Source: Epiperipatus broadwayi (lineage: Eukaryota; Animalia; Onychophora). From it: DNA of 64,000 bases. The DNA is taken from assembly GCA_028023455.1 (NCBI GenBank), contig JAQFVV010000001.1:6758001-6822000 (forward strand), written 5' to 3'. The translations under genes were made by a program, and so were the position numbers. The notes under the pieces were generated by a model. That model was not told where the DNA came from. It searched no databases and was given only the letters and a program-made list of their open reading frames with translations. Shown here in pieces: positions 43,403-56,699 of the stretch (positions within the stretch are counted from its first letter, which is position 1; each line of letters begins with the position of its first letter).

Positions 43403-43942
43403 TATATTACATATATATATATATATATAGACACAGGTATATAATAAGCCTGTGTTTCAGTTATTACATTGTAGAGATGTCTGCCCATCCTTGCATATGT
43501 ATTAAATGGATTATGTCCTGTACATGTGGGGTTCAGATTGACCTTAGGTCAACATGAGTGTGACAAGAATCTCAGCCTCAGGGTGGCCTGTGAGCATTTC
43601 ATCATCAGATTTTCAATTGGATGGAAGGTTGAAGAGTTGGAGTGTAGAGTGGATTAAAAACTATCCATTAAAGTATGAGGTTTGTCTATCTTAATATATA
43701 TCTGAGCACTTATAGTATATATATATATGTGGAGATGATAATCTGGACCAACTGATGATTACTGATTTAGCATAAAATACCTATATTAGTGATTGTTTAT
43801 CTTTTCAACATATATGTGTTTAGGTGTATCAGTGTTATTAGATAGAATGATGGGGCGTGTGAAAGTCTGTGCTCATATACCCTATATATTACATATATAT
43901 ATATAGACACAGGTATATAATAAGCCTGTGTTTCAGTTATTA
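43403..43942 (+). mobile_element. Family B monomer (about 480 bp) with about 60-bp terminal redundancy and a decayed HHR
   Basis: tatattac(at)n-agacacaggtatataataagcctgtgtttcagttatta occurs at 43403-43466 and 43885-43942. Interior is homologous to the reverse complement of 60400-60830. Confidence 0.8.
43748..43789 (+). ncRNA. Family B HHR, decayed
   Basis: ccaa CTGATGA ttactgatttagcat AAAA tacctat A ttag, versus the intact version ccaa CTGATGA ... cat GAAA tacgtat A ttgg at 60.5 kb. Confidence 0.65.
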
Positions 43943-45749
43943 TAAAGGTATTTATAATTTGAACTAAGTTATGCAAAGACTATTTATAATTTATTGATCT
44001 TTTACTTTACTCAATTATTATTATTAAAGATATTTAAAGGACAAACCAGACTGCATTGCAATTACTATCATTAACTCCAAAGAAAGATTTTATAAACATT
44101 TATAAATGTTACCATTATATCCTTTTCTTAATTGTTATTAATAAGTAAGATTTTTCTCTGGGTGTCTATTATTATTAGTATACATAAAACTTCAATTTAA
44201 CGTATCTTGAAACATTTCCTTTGGCATCTTTGTACTAGCACACACATATATAGGGATTCAGAAATATTTTAATCCTTAAATCTTATTCAGTTATTTTTAA
44301 TCAATATTATAGTCCAGGTAGATTTAGTATTCTTAGATTCATGTTGGTCAGCATAGCATTATGTTGAAAATTATTCCATTTAAATAACAAACACTAAATG
44401 GGATGAATTTCTATCTCTTCCCTCCAAATTTCTCTACTCACAATAATTTTTTACTGCAAGTTCAGAATTTATTTATAGGGTAAAGTAACATTAAAATACA
44501 AAAGTTTTTAAAGAAAAGAAAGTATGTGTTCTTCTTTTTGAAATTGTTTGTCCTTATAATAACATAAAACAATGCAGTCTATATCTAAATATGAGATTTA
44601 AATATGTGATTTCTTCTAATTTTAATAAAGCATTGTTGTCATCATATATAATTTTAAAAAATAATTTTTTAATTTTAATAAATAAGTGACTCATTTATAT
44701 ATTTATTTATTTATTTAATATGATCTTGAATTTTCTTTATTTAGCTATTTATAAACTATAGAAAAATGACAAATGAAGATATATGAACATGACAATATAC
44801 ATAAACCCATTTAGCCTTAAGCTTTATTACACTTAGTATGTAAGTAATACTTTGGATGCAATTTGAAAATTATAATTGCCATTTATAGTTTTATAATTAA
44901 CTATTTATTCCTCTGCATTCAGAACAGGTTATATTTATCTGTTTAAGGAGGTTTATTTAAACTTCTTTGTATCAATAATTTCATTCTCTGTAGTCATGTT
45001 GCAATTTTTATAAATATAAATATATGTCTATATAAATATATGGAACCATATATAAAGGTGGATTCCACCTTCATTGTTAAAAAGAGATTGCCTTGACCAC
45101 AGTTTGAAATTGTTGATTGTTATTTACATTGGGATTGTCTCATTTTTGAATGATTTATTATATATATGTAAAGAGTGAGGGGAGAGACAGAGAGAAAAAT
45201 GCATTCAGATTTTTAACATTATGTGTTGGATATGAATTTTTTAAATAAATAAAGCAAGAAAATATTTTATGGCAATGAGTAACATTTTATTGCTAGTAAT
45301 GTGTATTTCTTCTATTATCATATATATGTATGTATGCTTATAAATGTTTGTTAAAAATAATAAAAATATAAACCAATAAAAATTAGAAAATAAAAATTTA
45401 ATCCATACTTTGGATATTTGATTGTATTTAATGAAGCTATTTTTCACTGTTTTAAAACAAATTCTATGCTCCATTTTGGTAATTCTTTTTTATTTCATTC
45501 ATAAATATTTTGCTTTTTTGATTTATTTTATAGTAAAATCTATATTCAGACTTTCATTATTTTATATATATCTTATAGGTTCTAATGAAAAAAAAACATT
45601 GTTAAAAGCACCAGGTAAAATTTGATTTAAAAAAACATAAGATAAAATTTTTAATTTTTATTAATATATATATTGCAAATAAGTAATTCTACTTCTTTGC
45701 TTTGTTATAATGATATTTAATAATATTTTATAAATCATCTATTGAATTC

Positions 45750-45789
<40 letters not shown>

Positions 45790-48700
45790 GACCTTCCAGG
45801 TTGGCACCAGGAAGAAATGTGAGGTCACATTTGTCCCAATAATGGCTAGAGATAACTATTTTTAAAAAAATAAATTGTGATATAATTCAGTATTTAAAAT
45901 TAGGTTTTAAAAAAATTAAACTTTAGTTGGATATACCAGTTGATAAAATTTTAGGTTATATGTGTCCAGTAGTGGAAGAGGAAGATGGACAACATCAGGG
46001 ATGTTAGTATGAGAGTAAAATTAATAGAAAAGCTATAGCAGGTGTTATTCATTGGTTTTCTAACTTATTATCTATTCCAATCCAAGATTTAACTTATATA
46101 TGTGGGTGTATGTTCATTTTACATCATCTCACACTTTATTCATATTTTATACTATTGCCTGTAATGTCCAAATTGTAGTAGCAAAATTTACATGCAAAGC
46201 AAAACAGATACACACATATATCATTAATTAGAATGATTTTTTTTGTTTTATATTTTATTTATTATTTACTAATTATGTATTGTTTAAAATCTCATATTTA
46301 AAATTGTAAAGGTTATTTGTTTATTATTGGGTAACATTTGTAAGTTAATATTTAATATTTAATTTTTTTTTTCTTTTCCTTTCATTCCAATATTCTATTA
46401 TTAACATTTTATAAGTAAGAAAATTCTAGCATGTTTCCAAATTTATAATAAAATAAAAAAGAGGGCTTGAGAGAGTGTGTTGACAAGAGATTCCAAGGAA
46501 GAAAGTATAAAAAAAAAAAATTATAAAAAAATAGAATAAGTTTTTAAAGGAAATAGTAATATAAGTGAAATAACATCATGAAAATTTACTACTGTTCCTG
46601 TGGATGGTTTTCCTCTCATACTTATTGAAATAATACACATGGAAGAATAAACTCTCAAGGTACCAGCTCTGGCTTTTATCAACTGATGGTTTAAGTTTAC
46701 TGTATTCAAAATGCATGGATATTATGTAAGATTATTAATTATAGTTCATTTAACATATTTACTATAAATCAATAATATTGGAATTATAAAAAAAAATATT
46801 AAAAATAAAGATAACTAAGAAGAATTATATTCAATGCTATTGTAGAATGCTTTATGTGCTATTAGTTTTAAAGAAATTTCTATTTATATTATGCAAAATA
46901 AAATTAAGATGAAGGAATTTATCTAATTTAACTTGTTTATCAATAGGATAGTTATATACCAAAGAACTTTATATTTCGCATATATACATAAAAATGAATA
47001 ATTAAATGCATCATTTAACAATATTTAGTAATTGATTATAACAACGTATACATGCATGGATGGATCATTGACAATGATTAATGAAAATTATAGTAAGTAC
47101 TAAAAGCTAAAGGAATAAAGTCGTAAACTTTTACCAGGATTATTTTACTGAATTGGAGATTTTGTTTTTTGTAATTAATAAATAATTTCATTGCATACCA
47201 ATGCTATTTATTATGTGTGCTAGAAAATTTTAAAATATCAAAAACTATCACAGCTCTTGTCAGATTATAATTCAGCCAATAGGAGCAACATTTTTTTTCT
47301 TTTCTTTTTAATGTGTAATTCATTGTTATTGTTGGAAGCAGTGTATACTTTTGTTCAAACTTCAAATTTTAAAAAAAAACCTCAACATTTAATGATTAAA
47401 TGTTGATAAGTATTTCTTCTTATTGCTTATATTAGATATATAATTTTTTTTGTTAAGCTAATGTAACTTATTATTGTTGTAATAGGACAATGTATTATCT
47501 TATATGATTTAGAAATCATATTATATATAATTCTATGTTCGAGTGTGTGTGCACTGTTATAAATTATTATTTTTTTTTTTTGCAAAATTGTATTTTATTT
47601 TTATTTCAATTTCATTGGTGCAATTTGTATAAAAAAATAGTGAATTAAAATCTTGTCTGTTTATAAATTTGTTTATGTAGGAAATACATTAGGTACATTT
47701 GGATGTAGAAATGTTTGAGGGATGATTGTATTACATGGATTGAGTAACACTCTCCTGATTATTTGCTTATTAAATCATGGGTGGTAGGTGCACTTACTTA
47801 TTTTGGAGCATATCACTGAAGTTGTATTTCTTTTCCTTTTAAATGAAGTGGCAAATGCCCTAGTTATTAATAATAAGTCAGCTAAGTTCTATAGTTTATG
47901 TCTTAAGTTAGTGGATGTTATATTAATGAGTTAAGGTTGAGTTTGGAGATGTTAGTTAACCCTCATGCATATAGATGTGAATGTTTAGTTATTATTATTC
48001 CCCTCCCTTTCTTCATTTGGATGTAGTTATCATTAGATAATACATATTGATTATATCAGATAAGTGTTTTATAGATGTTTATAATATGTTTTAAAAATAT
48101 CATTAGCTTAATGATTAACTTATTGCACCAATCATTCTGTAAATAAGCTAGTAAAAGTATGATTTATAAATGCATTATATTTGTAATGTTATGAAAGTGC
48201 ACATACTCGAAAATATGGTCAATAAAGAAATAGTGGAGAAAAATATTACTAAAATTATTGGTTACAAAGATATTAAATTGTATTACATATCTTATCAATA
48301 TATTATTTGTTTTCATTGTTAACAATTCATCCTCCAGTATGAATGAAATATTAACTTAAGAGAAAGTTTATTTTGTCTAATAAAAAAGAAAGCAATAGTA
48401 GAATTATCATTTAAATTGATATAGTAAATATTAATTAATTTGTGTTCCTATAAAAGAAGTATTATAATTACTAGCAAGGTGTATAAAAAAAATTTTTATT
48501 ATTTATTTTGTCTTTTGCTTATAATAAATGCTTTATTGAAGTAATATCCCATATGAGTTGTTTTATTATATACATTTGATTGTCCATTTCCACACACACA
48601 TTTGATCAACATAATATAGCTATAAAATATATAGATTTGCCACTATAGGTCATTCACTTAGACAGTCTAAAAGTAACAGATCTTAATATTGCAGTGTCAA

Positions 48701-48858
48701 AAATATGTTTTACTTTGCTTAGAATAAATGGTGATGTGGGACAAAAGGTACCCGATTCTCATCATTGTTTATACTATGCTGAGTGCAATAATTATCAATT
48801 TCATAATAGTTCTTAATATTGAATAGATGCTTAGAATATAATTGAATCAATATTACAG

Positions 48859-49466
48859 AATTGTTGTTTAAGCATTTATTTTATATAGCACATGTTTATA
48901 AATTGTAATACATTAAAGATCAGCCTGTCAAGCTATTGTGCATGCACTTTTTATTAGTGTTAATAATAAATGAGTACTTTGACTCCCAACACAAGATATA
49001 GTATTTAGGAAAGAATAAAATGAATCCACTTATTCTATCCAACCCAAATGCTTATATATGGGCAAATCTTAAGTACTGGAAGTGAAAGTGTGAGGATAGG
49101 CCACTCACTTTAAATTACTGTTTACAATGTTGCTATATAAAATAAATGCTTATTTACATATGTTTAAGTTTCATTTGAGAATGACGTTTAATAAATTCTA
49201 GATAAATTCACCAACATCATTCATTCAGACATCGTAAACAGTAATTTAAAGTGAGTGGTCTATCCTCATGCTTTCCCTTCCAGTACTTAAGATTTTCCCA
49301 TATATAAGCATTTGGGTTGGATAGAATAAGTGGATTCATTTTATTCTTTCCTAAATACTATATCTTGTGTTGGGAGTCAAAGTATTCATTTATTATTAAC
49401 ACTCATAAAAAGCACATGCACAATAGCTTGACAGGCTGATCTTTAATGTATTAAAATTGCTGTTTA
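48859..49466. mobile_element. Family C copy 1: two opposed arms of a circularly permuted unit of about 337 bp, probable 12-bp TSD
   Basis: Left arm 48869-49130 and right arm 49127-49452 are inverted, with atgt microhomology at the junction. aattgttgttta (48859-48870) and aattgctgttta (49455-49466) flank it. Confidence 0.85.
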
Positions 49467-49668
49467 TAAATATTTATATTATCCTTATTGACATCCAATA
49501 TGACTACCATATCCTATAACCTCAACTGAGCTAAGCCATGGAGTGATAACAGCATAAGAATTTATCAGTATAAAAAAAAAGCAATTTCAATTATAAATTT
49601 ATTCTTTCTTGTATAGAATTGGCGCCTGTGCATTTATTTGTACATAAAGTGAAATAGGTGAAGAAAGC

Positions 49669-49674
49669 AGAGGT

Positions 49675-49712
<38 letters not shown>

Positions 49713-49727
49713 ACCTCTAATTTTATT

Positions 49728-49769
<42 letters not shown>

Positions 49770-49778
49770 AATAAAATT
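49669..49778. repeat. Two abutting perfect palindromes centred on (TA)n
   Basis: agaggttact(at)n agtaacctct (49669-49718) followed by aattttattcaa(ta)n ttgaataaaatt (49719-49778). Confidence 0.95.
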
Positions 49779-51599
49779 GACTTGCATTATATATAAAAAA
49801 TTTACAATCTTTCTTTAATTTAAGCAGCAATCTTTGACAAACCATCAACAAATTTTGTTGGATAATATTTCTATTATACCCAATGTCATCTAGAAACTAT
49901 TTGACACTTCATTAAACTATGCAATTTAATTTCTATTTAAACATCGTTGCAATACTCAGTTCGATACTAAAGTTTGCAATCTTCAATTTGATATTACACA
50001 GTCAATAAAATTTAGCAGTAATTTATTATTTTAAAAAAAACTTATTTATAAAATGAGTTACATTAAGAGCTCTGCCTTTTCTATTGAGCTGTTACAAAAG
50101 AGCCTTCACTTAAATTAACACCTAAATTGCAATCAAACTTTTGAATTTAATAGAAAATTGCAACAATATCAAATGGAAAGTGGGTTAATTTAAATTATTT
50201 AATAAGATGTCACTTAATTTTCTGGCTGTTGATAATAACACTTGTGACTAAAATACCTATCCATCAAAGACTGTTTGATTTTTTCATTAAGATTGGCATT
50301 TAAAAAACCATAACATCTCTATAGATAGTGTAAGTTAAATTAACTTCAGTTACATATTTATGTGGTATTTAATTATACATATATATATAATAAAATAGGA
50401 TATTCCTTTGGAATATATTTCATTGCTGTATAAATTAATTAAATGTATAGAAAGAAATTTTATTAATTTAAAAGTGTGACTTCATAAAATATTGAGTTAT
50501 TATTTTTATTTGAAAGGCATTGTACACTACTTTTATAAATAAAAATTGATTTATTCAGTGATAAGTTAAAAAGAAATTCAATTCTTTAATTTAAAGTAGT
50601 AATTTTAAAGAATTATTTTAAAATAGATTGGAGCATTATTTATTGTTCTATTGGAAAGTAGCCAAGAATGATTTCTTATCAAAATAACTGTTTTGATCAT
50701 ATGAACAAAGGTAGGCTGTTGAATTTCAAAAAAGAAAACGGGATTTTAAACTCTCAAAGTGCATTAGTAAATAAATAGTTTTAATCCCAAGAATTATGGA
50801 ATCAAGATTCAAATGAATAATCTGCTTCTTTCTGTTTTCATTTATCATAAATAGGATTACCTGACAACCCAATTGCTGCAAAAATCATGATTTTTCTACA
50901 TCTTTGTTTGCACCTATCTTCTATATTTCAAATGAAATTCCATTATAGTTTAATGGTCATCTTCCATATCATAACTTCAGATAACATTAATGGTAAAAAA
51001 CTATAGAACAATTTATAAATCGAGCAAAACTCTCCAATTAATGAACTAGTATAGGAAATGTGATCATGTGATGCTTAATGGTTTAATTTATAAATCTTTA
51101 TTAAATATATTTTATTTATAATAAATTGTTTTTCACATAAATATCATGCTGATATTAATTATTTTAAATTGTCAATTCTTAAATATTGGATTGATCACTA
51201 TGTGCATAATTATCATAGATATATGCAAGTAATTTTCAAAACATTTTAAATATAATGTTCTAAAATAATACTTGTATAATAAATAATAATGTCACATGTT
51301 AATAGAAATTATAAAATATATAATGTGTATTATTTGATTATATTCATGATCTTAAATAATGATTATTTAAATGGTACTAAATATTTATTTTATATACATG
51401 GAATTTGTTTGATACTGTATGTATTGGCAATTGAGATATTATTGTTTAGCTTGACATTATTGTTAGTTCCAGTTATAAATTACTATGGCTTCATTTTGTA
51501 ATGATTTCATTTTTTATAGTGAATACTTTTTTAATCATGGGTAATGTTTATATCTATAAATAATATGGCAATTATGAAGAATTAATATTTAAATATTTT

Positions 51600-51860
51600 A
51601 TATATGAAGTTTTTAGAATAGCTGTTATTTTTATACTATTACCTAGAATATTGTAGTAGAGAGTTAAGCTTATATATAACAAGCATTTCACCCTTTACTT
51701 AATTTTATAACCCTCAGTATATAGGTTACTGTGATACTAGGTATTGAGATAAGGATAGCTTGGTCTGTTCTGGCAATGTCTCAGATGGTTGATATGTGGG
51801 TTTGTTCATTTTATATACTAATTTCGGTATTGGCAAGTTTATATCTGTTCAGAAACAATC
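51600..51860 (-). mobile_element. Family E repeat copy, homologous to 63020-63230 (+); possible PLE pLTR relic with degenerate HHR-like core
   Basis: Reverse complement tccttatctcaatacctagtatcacagtaacctatataCTGAGG...gtGAAAtgcttgttatatataagcttaact aligns with tccttatcttaatacctagtaacacagtaacctatacaCTGAAA...gtGAAAtgtctgttacatataagcttaact. Confidence 0.6.
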
Positions 51861-52582
51861 TGTGCATAAACTTAATTATTAAATCCATAAATAACTAATC
51901 ATATTAACTTTTTTATTGACAGACAGTGAATTTACGTTATTGTGTGTTATAATAATGTATATAAATAAGTAAATTGTAGTGTTGTAGTGTCTCATTATAT
52001 TTGGCATTTGTCATTATTTTGCAATCAATAAGTTAATTGGAGTGTAATAGAGTCTCATGTATCTAAATGATCTTAGCAGGCTACAAAAAGAAATGATTGT
52101 ATATCCTGTGATGTTAGACTGTACACATCCCATGTAAATTGTCCTTAGATGATTTATTTGTGAGATGTATATTTTGACAGTTACAATATATATATATATA
52201 TTGTAACCCTTGGTTTATTTCATCTATAAACCAATTGTAAGAAAGTGAACTATTTATAGGCAAAAAAAAAATTTTTTTTAATGTAAGAAAAGTTGAAGTT
52301 TTATTTGGAAAAATCAATAATTGTATAACTTAAATCTAACATATATAGAGATACAGTTTGTATTTGTGTAAAATCTAACTAGCATTATTTAATGATAGGG
52401 GATTGATTTTTTTTGTGCATGCTATAATAAGTGAAAAATAGATATTTATATGTCTAAAACAAAGAGCCTTCATGAATTTTAATGTTTATTAATAAAAAGT
52501 TGGTGAAAATTGAAATTGAATTGGTTATAAGTAGCTTTAGTTTGACAGTTCTTTTCAAGAGAATAGGCTTAAAATTATAAAA

Positions 52583-52685
52583 AATTATAATGGATATTTA
52601 TGTTTGTGATTATAAGAAATTATAATGGATATTTAATGTTTGTGATTATAAGAAATTATAGTGGATATGTTATGCTCATGTGATC
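52583..52685. repeat. Minisatellite, about 35-bp unit x3
   Basis: aattataatggatatttatgtttgtgattataaga repeated, third unit degenerate. Confidence 0.9.
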
Positions 52686-53631
52686 TGAATAAGCAGTTTT
52701 CTATTTAATGTTTTGCATACGTATGTATGTGTGTGATATAGATATATGGATTTGTTTATTTTTTTTTATTTATAGAGATTTCTTTATTGTGTTCTATATT
52801 ATTTCATAATATAGTGTAAAAATAAATCTGTTTAATTTGTTGCTTGCAGATCCAAAATGTAATTTTAAATAAAAAGTTATTTAGGTAACATTTATTTTGC
52901 AAAATGTTAATTGGGTTTATTATAATTCACTTAGCGATGTGTTTCAACCATATGGTATAATTGGAACTGTAAGATGTTAAAGTGACAGTTAACAAATAGT
53001 CTTTAAATGTTGGTCTGAGAGGTTAATTAAAGGAAGAGAAAAGATTTCCTCCCTTTTCTTATAAAAGGAGCCAAGTAGAATGGGGGCTAATTCATAACTA
53101 ACTTGCTAATTCAAACTAAATTGCCAATTTTTATCTCTGAACGTTTTCTCTGGCTTTTCTTTTTTTTTTTCTCAGAATTAAACATGTTAGGTATAAAAAT
53201 TATAACTTAGATATGAATTGCTAATTCATATATAATAGGTGTATGTTTTGTTTCTCCAAAGTCAATTATGAACAAATCAACTTTTAATAAGAGACTCTGT
53301 GTCCAACACCACAATATGTCTATTTGGCTTATTAAAAATTTGTTTAAAGAGAGAACTATAAAACTGTTATATAATGTTAAAGGGCTAATTCATGTTTTAA
53401 TAATTATTTGGCTTATTAAAATTTGTTTAAAGAGCATCAAACTTTTGTACAATGTTTTAAAAGCCAATTCATATTTAATAATCAGAATCTACTTGTTTGA
53501 CTGTATTTTAAACCTAAAATGAAAAAAAGGGAAGAAAAAAACAACTATATTCAAACCCAGGAAGAAACTCATCAAAATGGAAAGTAATCAGCAGAACTCT
53601 TTTAAATTTTTTTTTAAATTATCAGTGTAGC

Positions 53632-53743
53632 TACATTTTGATTAAAGGAACTGTCTGTGCATTTTATATACATTTTGATTAAAGGAACTGTCTGTGCATT
53701 TTTATATACATCTTGATTAAAAGAACTTTCTGTGCATCTATAT
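53632..53743. repeat. Minisatellite, 37-38-bp unit x3
   Basis: tacattttgattaaaggaactgtctgtgcattttata repeated. Confidence 0.92.
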
Positions 53744-54399
53744 AGCTATCTCCAAAATAAAATAAAATAAATAATAATTAATTGGTGGACAATAACATCA
53801 AGTCTTCAAACTTGGCCTTGAAGGAAAGAGACAATGGAAAGAGACTATCATAATGTTTAATATTTATTTTGCTTTATTTATATAATATGTAGCATGTTTT
53901 ATAGAAACTTTAATGATTATATTAATTTAATTTTTTTTATGTTTTAAAAATGTTTAAAGGAAAGAAAAATGATTTTGATCCCATTGAAGCAAAAAAAAAG
54001 GAAAAGAAAGATTTAAAAGTCAAATGCTTATGTATATATTTTTTTAGAAAAAAAAAAGAAATACAAAATATTTTTTGTTTGTTGACAAAATTTTATGCTT
54101 AATATATATATATATTGGATGGTCATATGAAAAATCATTGTTATACTATAATGTGTTAATGATCTGTTATTAATAGAGATATTGGGTGGATGTTGTTGTG
54201 GGCTTGACTGTTTAAAATTGAGATAATTCATAGTTTTGATTCGAAATCTGGTTAGTCTTTGTCATTTATCTGGACTATAATCGATGTGTGTGTGTGCATA
54301 TGTAAAGCTATAAATGCTTGTTATTACTGAGGAGTTGTCTTACCACCTCATAGATAAGAAATAACTATCTCATAATTTATTTACTATGGCAGTAGAAGA

Positions 54400-54900
54400 T
54401 GAGGACCAGTTCCCACTCTATTTATTTTTATTAAGGTAGGGAATTATTAATAGAGTTATTGTTCGAGTTGTAGAAAATGTTGTGCACACCTATATAGAGT
54501 AAATGTATAGACAAAGAGTTCTTCACATGATTCTAGATCTTAGAGAAGACCTCTCTCTGGCTAAAGCAGACATTTGAAGTTAGGAGTTGTTTTGTTTTTT
54601 TAATTTTCCTTACTAAGATGCTGATGTGTGCACATTATAAAATATTGCATGGTGATGTGAAACATGTTGAGGGTTTTCTTGTCTAGGGCAGGATAAAAGT
54701 TGCATTGACAGAATGAGGATTTCAGTCAGATATATGTGTGTTGATGGAGGGGATGACAGAGATTTTAATTTGGAAACTAACCGGTCTATAGTCGATTTTT
54801 GTGAAGGATGGTAAATTGAATATCATCAAGTTGGAGCAACATGCTGACCTATCAAAATATATACCATTAAAAAGTGTGAATATTTGGCTTGCATAAACAT
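54400..54900 (-). mobile_element. Decayed Penelope-like RT thumb/linker relic
   Basis: YHPSQKSTIDRLVSKLKSLSSP (about 54800) resembles PLE HHPxSQKxSVIxTLVxRAxxLxS; IIPYLNK lies downstream. Confidence 0.45.
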
Positions 54901-55245
54901 AAAATTATGTTTTTTGAATTTAAACCCATTTTCAGGTCCAATGAGGGATTTTTCATGTCACATCATCCTATTCTTAAAAAATCTAAAAGATTATTGCTTG
55001 TTGAAGTAGTTAAATTTATGGTTATTTATTATTGCTTGGTAGAATAATTAAAATTGATAATTATTTTGAAATAGTCCAATTGATAATGATTGCAATAAAA
55101 GGGGGAGCAGGAATTTATAGGTTTTCTCAAAGTTAAAAGAGCATTTTTATATACGTAAATACAGAATTCTGATTCCGTGCCTAAGAGTTTTTAATATTCA
55201 ATCAATAAATGGGTCAAAATGATGAATGAGTTATTCAGAAATTTA

Positions 55246-56142
55246 ATTAATTTAAATATGTAAATAAGTATTTATTTTATATAGCATATGTTTACAATTG
55301 TATACATTCAAATATCAGCCTTTTTAAGCTAATTGTGCATACGCTTTGCGAGTGTTAATAATAAATGAATACTTTCTCACCAATACAAGATATAGTATTT
55401 ATGCAGGAATAAAAGGAATCCTCTTATTCCTACGACTCAAATGCTTATATATGAGCAAATATGAAGTACTGGCAAGTAAAGCGTGAGGATGGAACCGTCA
55501 CTTTAAATTACTATATACGATGTCTGAATGAATGACGTGGGTGAAATTGTCTAGAATTTACTAAATGTCATTCCAACTGAAACTTAATCATATGTAAATA
55601 AGCATTTATTTTATATAGCATATGTTTACAATTGTATACATTCAAATATCAGCCTTAGTCATAGGAATAAGAGAATTCCTTTTATTCCTGCATAAATACT
55701 ATATCTTGTATTGGTGAGAAAGTATTCATTTATTATTAACACTCACAAAGCGTATGCACAATTAGCTTAAAAAGGTTGATATTTGAATGTATACAATTGT
55801 AAACATATGCTATATAAAATAAATGCTTATTTACATATGTTTAAGTTTCAGTTGGAATGACGTTTAGTAAATTCTAGACAATTTCACCCATGTCATTTCA
55901 TTCAGACATCGTATATAGTAATTTAAAGTGATGGTTCCATCCTCACACTTTACTTGCCAGTACTTCAGATTTGCTCATACATAAGCATTTGAGTTGTAGG
56001 AATAAGAGGATTCCTTTTATTCCTGCATAAATACTATATCTTGTATTGGTGAGAAAGTATTCATTTATTATTAACACTCGCAAAGTGTATGCACAATTAG
56101 CTTTAAAAGGCTGATATTTGAATGTATTAATTTAAATATGTA
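55246..56142. mobile_element. Family C copy 2: 334-335-bp monomer, left arm about 1.2 units, right arm about 1.4 units inverted, perfect 17-bp TSD
   Basis: Unit repeats at 55256/55590 (period 334) and 55664/55999 (period 335). Orientation switches at about 55656/55657. attaatttaaatatgta occurs at 55246-55262 and 56126-56142. Confidence 0.92.
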
Positions 56143-56699
56143 TTCGTATCATCAGTATCATTCTTTAGTAGATCTCATATCATATAATATTTGAGTATAA
56201 TGATATTATATATAAGGGTGTTTTTTATTTTTTATTATTATTATTATTATTATTATTGTAATACAGATTTGTTATTGTTATAAAATTACATTGCGTCTTG
56301 TGTTTTAGTGTTTCAAATATCTCCAGAATCTACATCCTGCACCTATATTTAAAACTAATATTAGATCATATTTAAATTATTCATTTTTAATATTGATTGA
56401 TTCCATGATTGATTTACAATATTCATTTTTCTATTGATTATTTCCATAGTTGATTCAAATAATTCATTAATGATTTACATAGTTAATTTGCATAATCTAC
56501 TTTTAAGATCGATTTCTATATTTCACTTATATCAGAAATTTTTTTGATCGATTTATATGATTAATATCTGTGTTTTACTTCCATAGTGTACTTTGGCAAA
56601 ATACAATAGATTTAAAATTACTAATTAAATTTGGGTAAACAGATTATATAAAATAGAATAAGATGAAAGAAAATAGTTAATTTAGGTTTATTAAATTTA

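Noticed and set aside
43585-43615. Minus-strand CTGATGA-T-GAAA-TGC-TC
   Set aside because: Only one nucleotide where stem II should be, no stem I, and opposite to the family B sense strand.
48724-48750. Possible collagen micro-exon GINGDVGQK
   Set aside because: Weak donor (gtaccc), unusual phase, and no other Gly-X-Y exons seen.
50858-50917. Candidate minus-strand exon DRCKQRCRKIMIFAAIGLS
   Set aside because: Plausible splice sites but no partner exons or homology; insufficient support.
52583-53743. CRISPR-like appearance of the 35-38-bp repeats
   Set aside because: Head-to-tail minisatellites without spacers in a eukaryotic context; no cas genes.
55515-55575. HHR-like string gatgtCTGAATGAatgacgtgggtGAAAttgtc in the family C left-arm orientation
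   Set aside because: The core has 8 nt, stem II and stem I do not pair convincingly, the 49-kb copy has GAAT, and it lies on the predicted antisense strand; a long hairpin explains the region better. Still worth including in cleavage assays.
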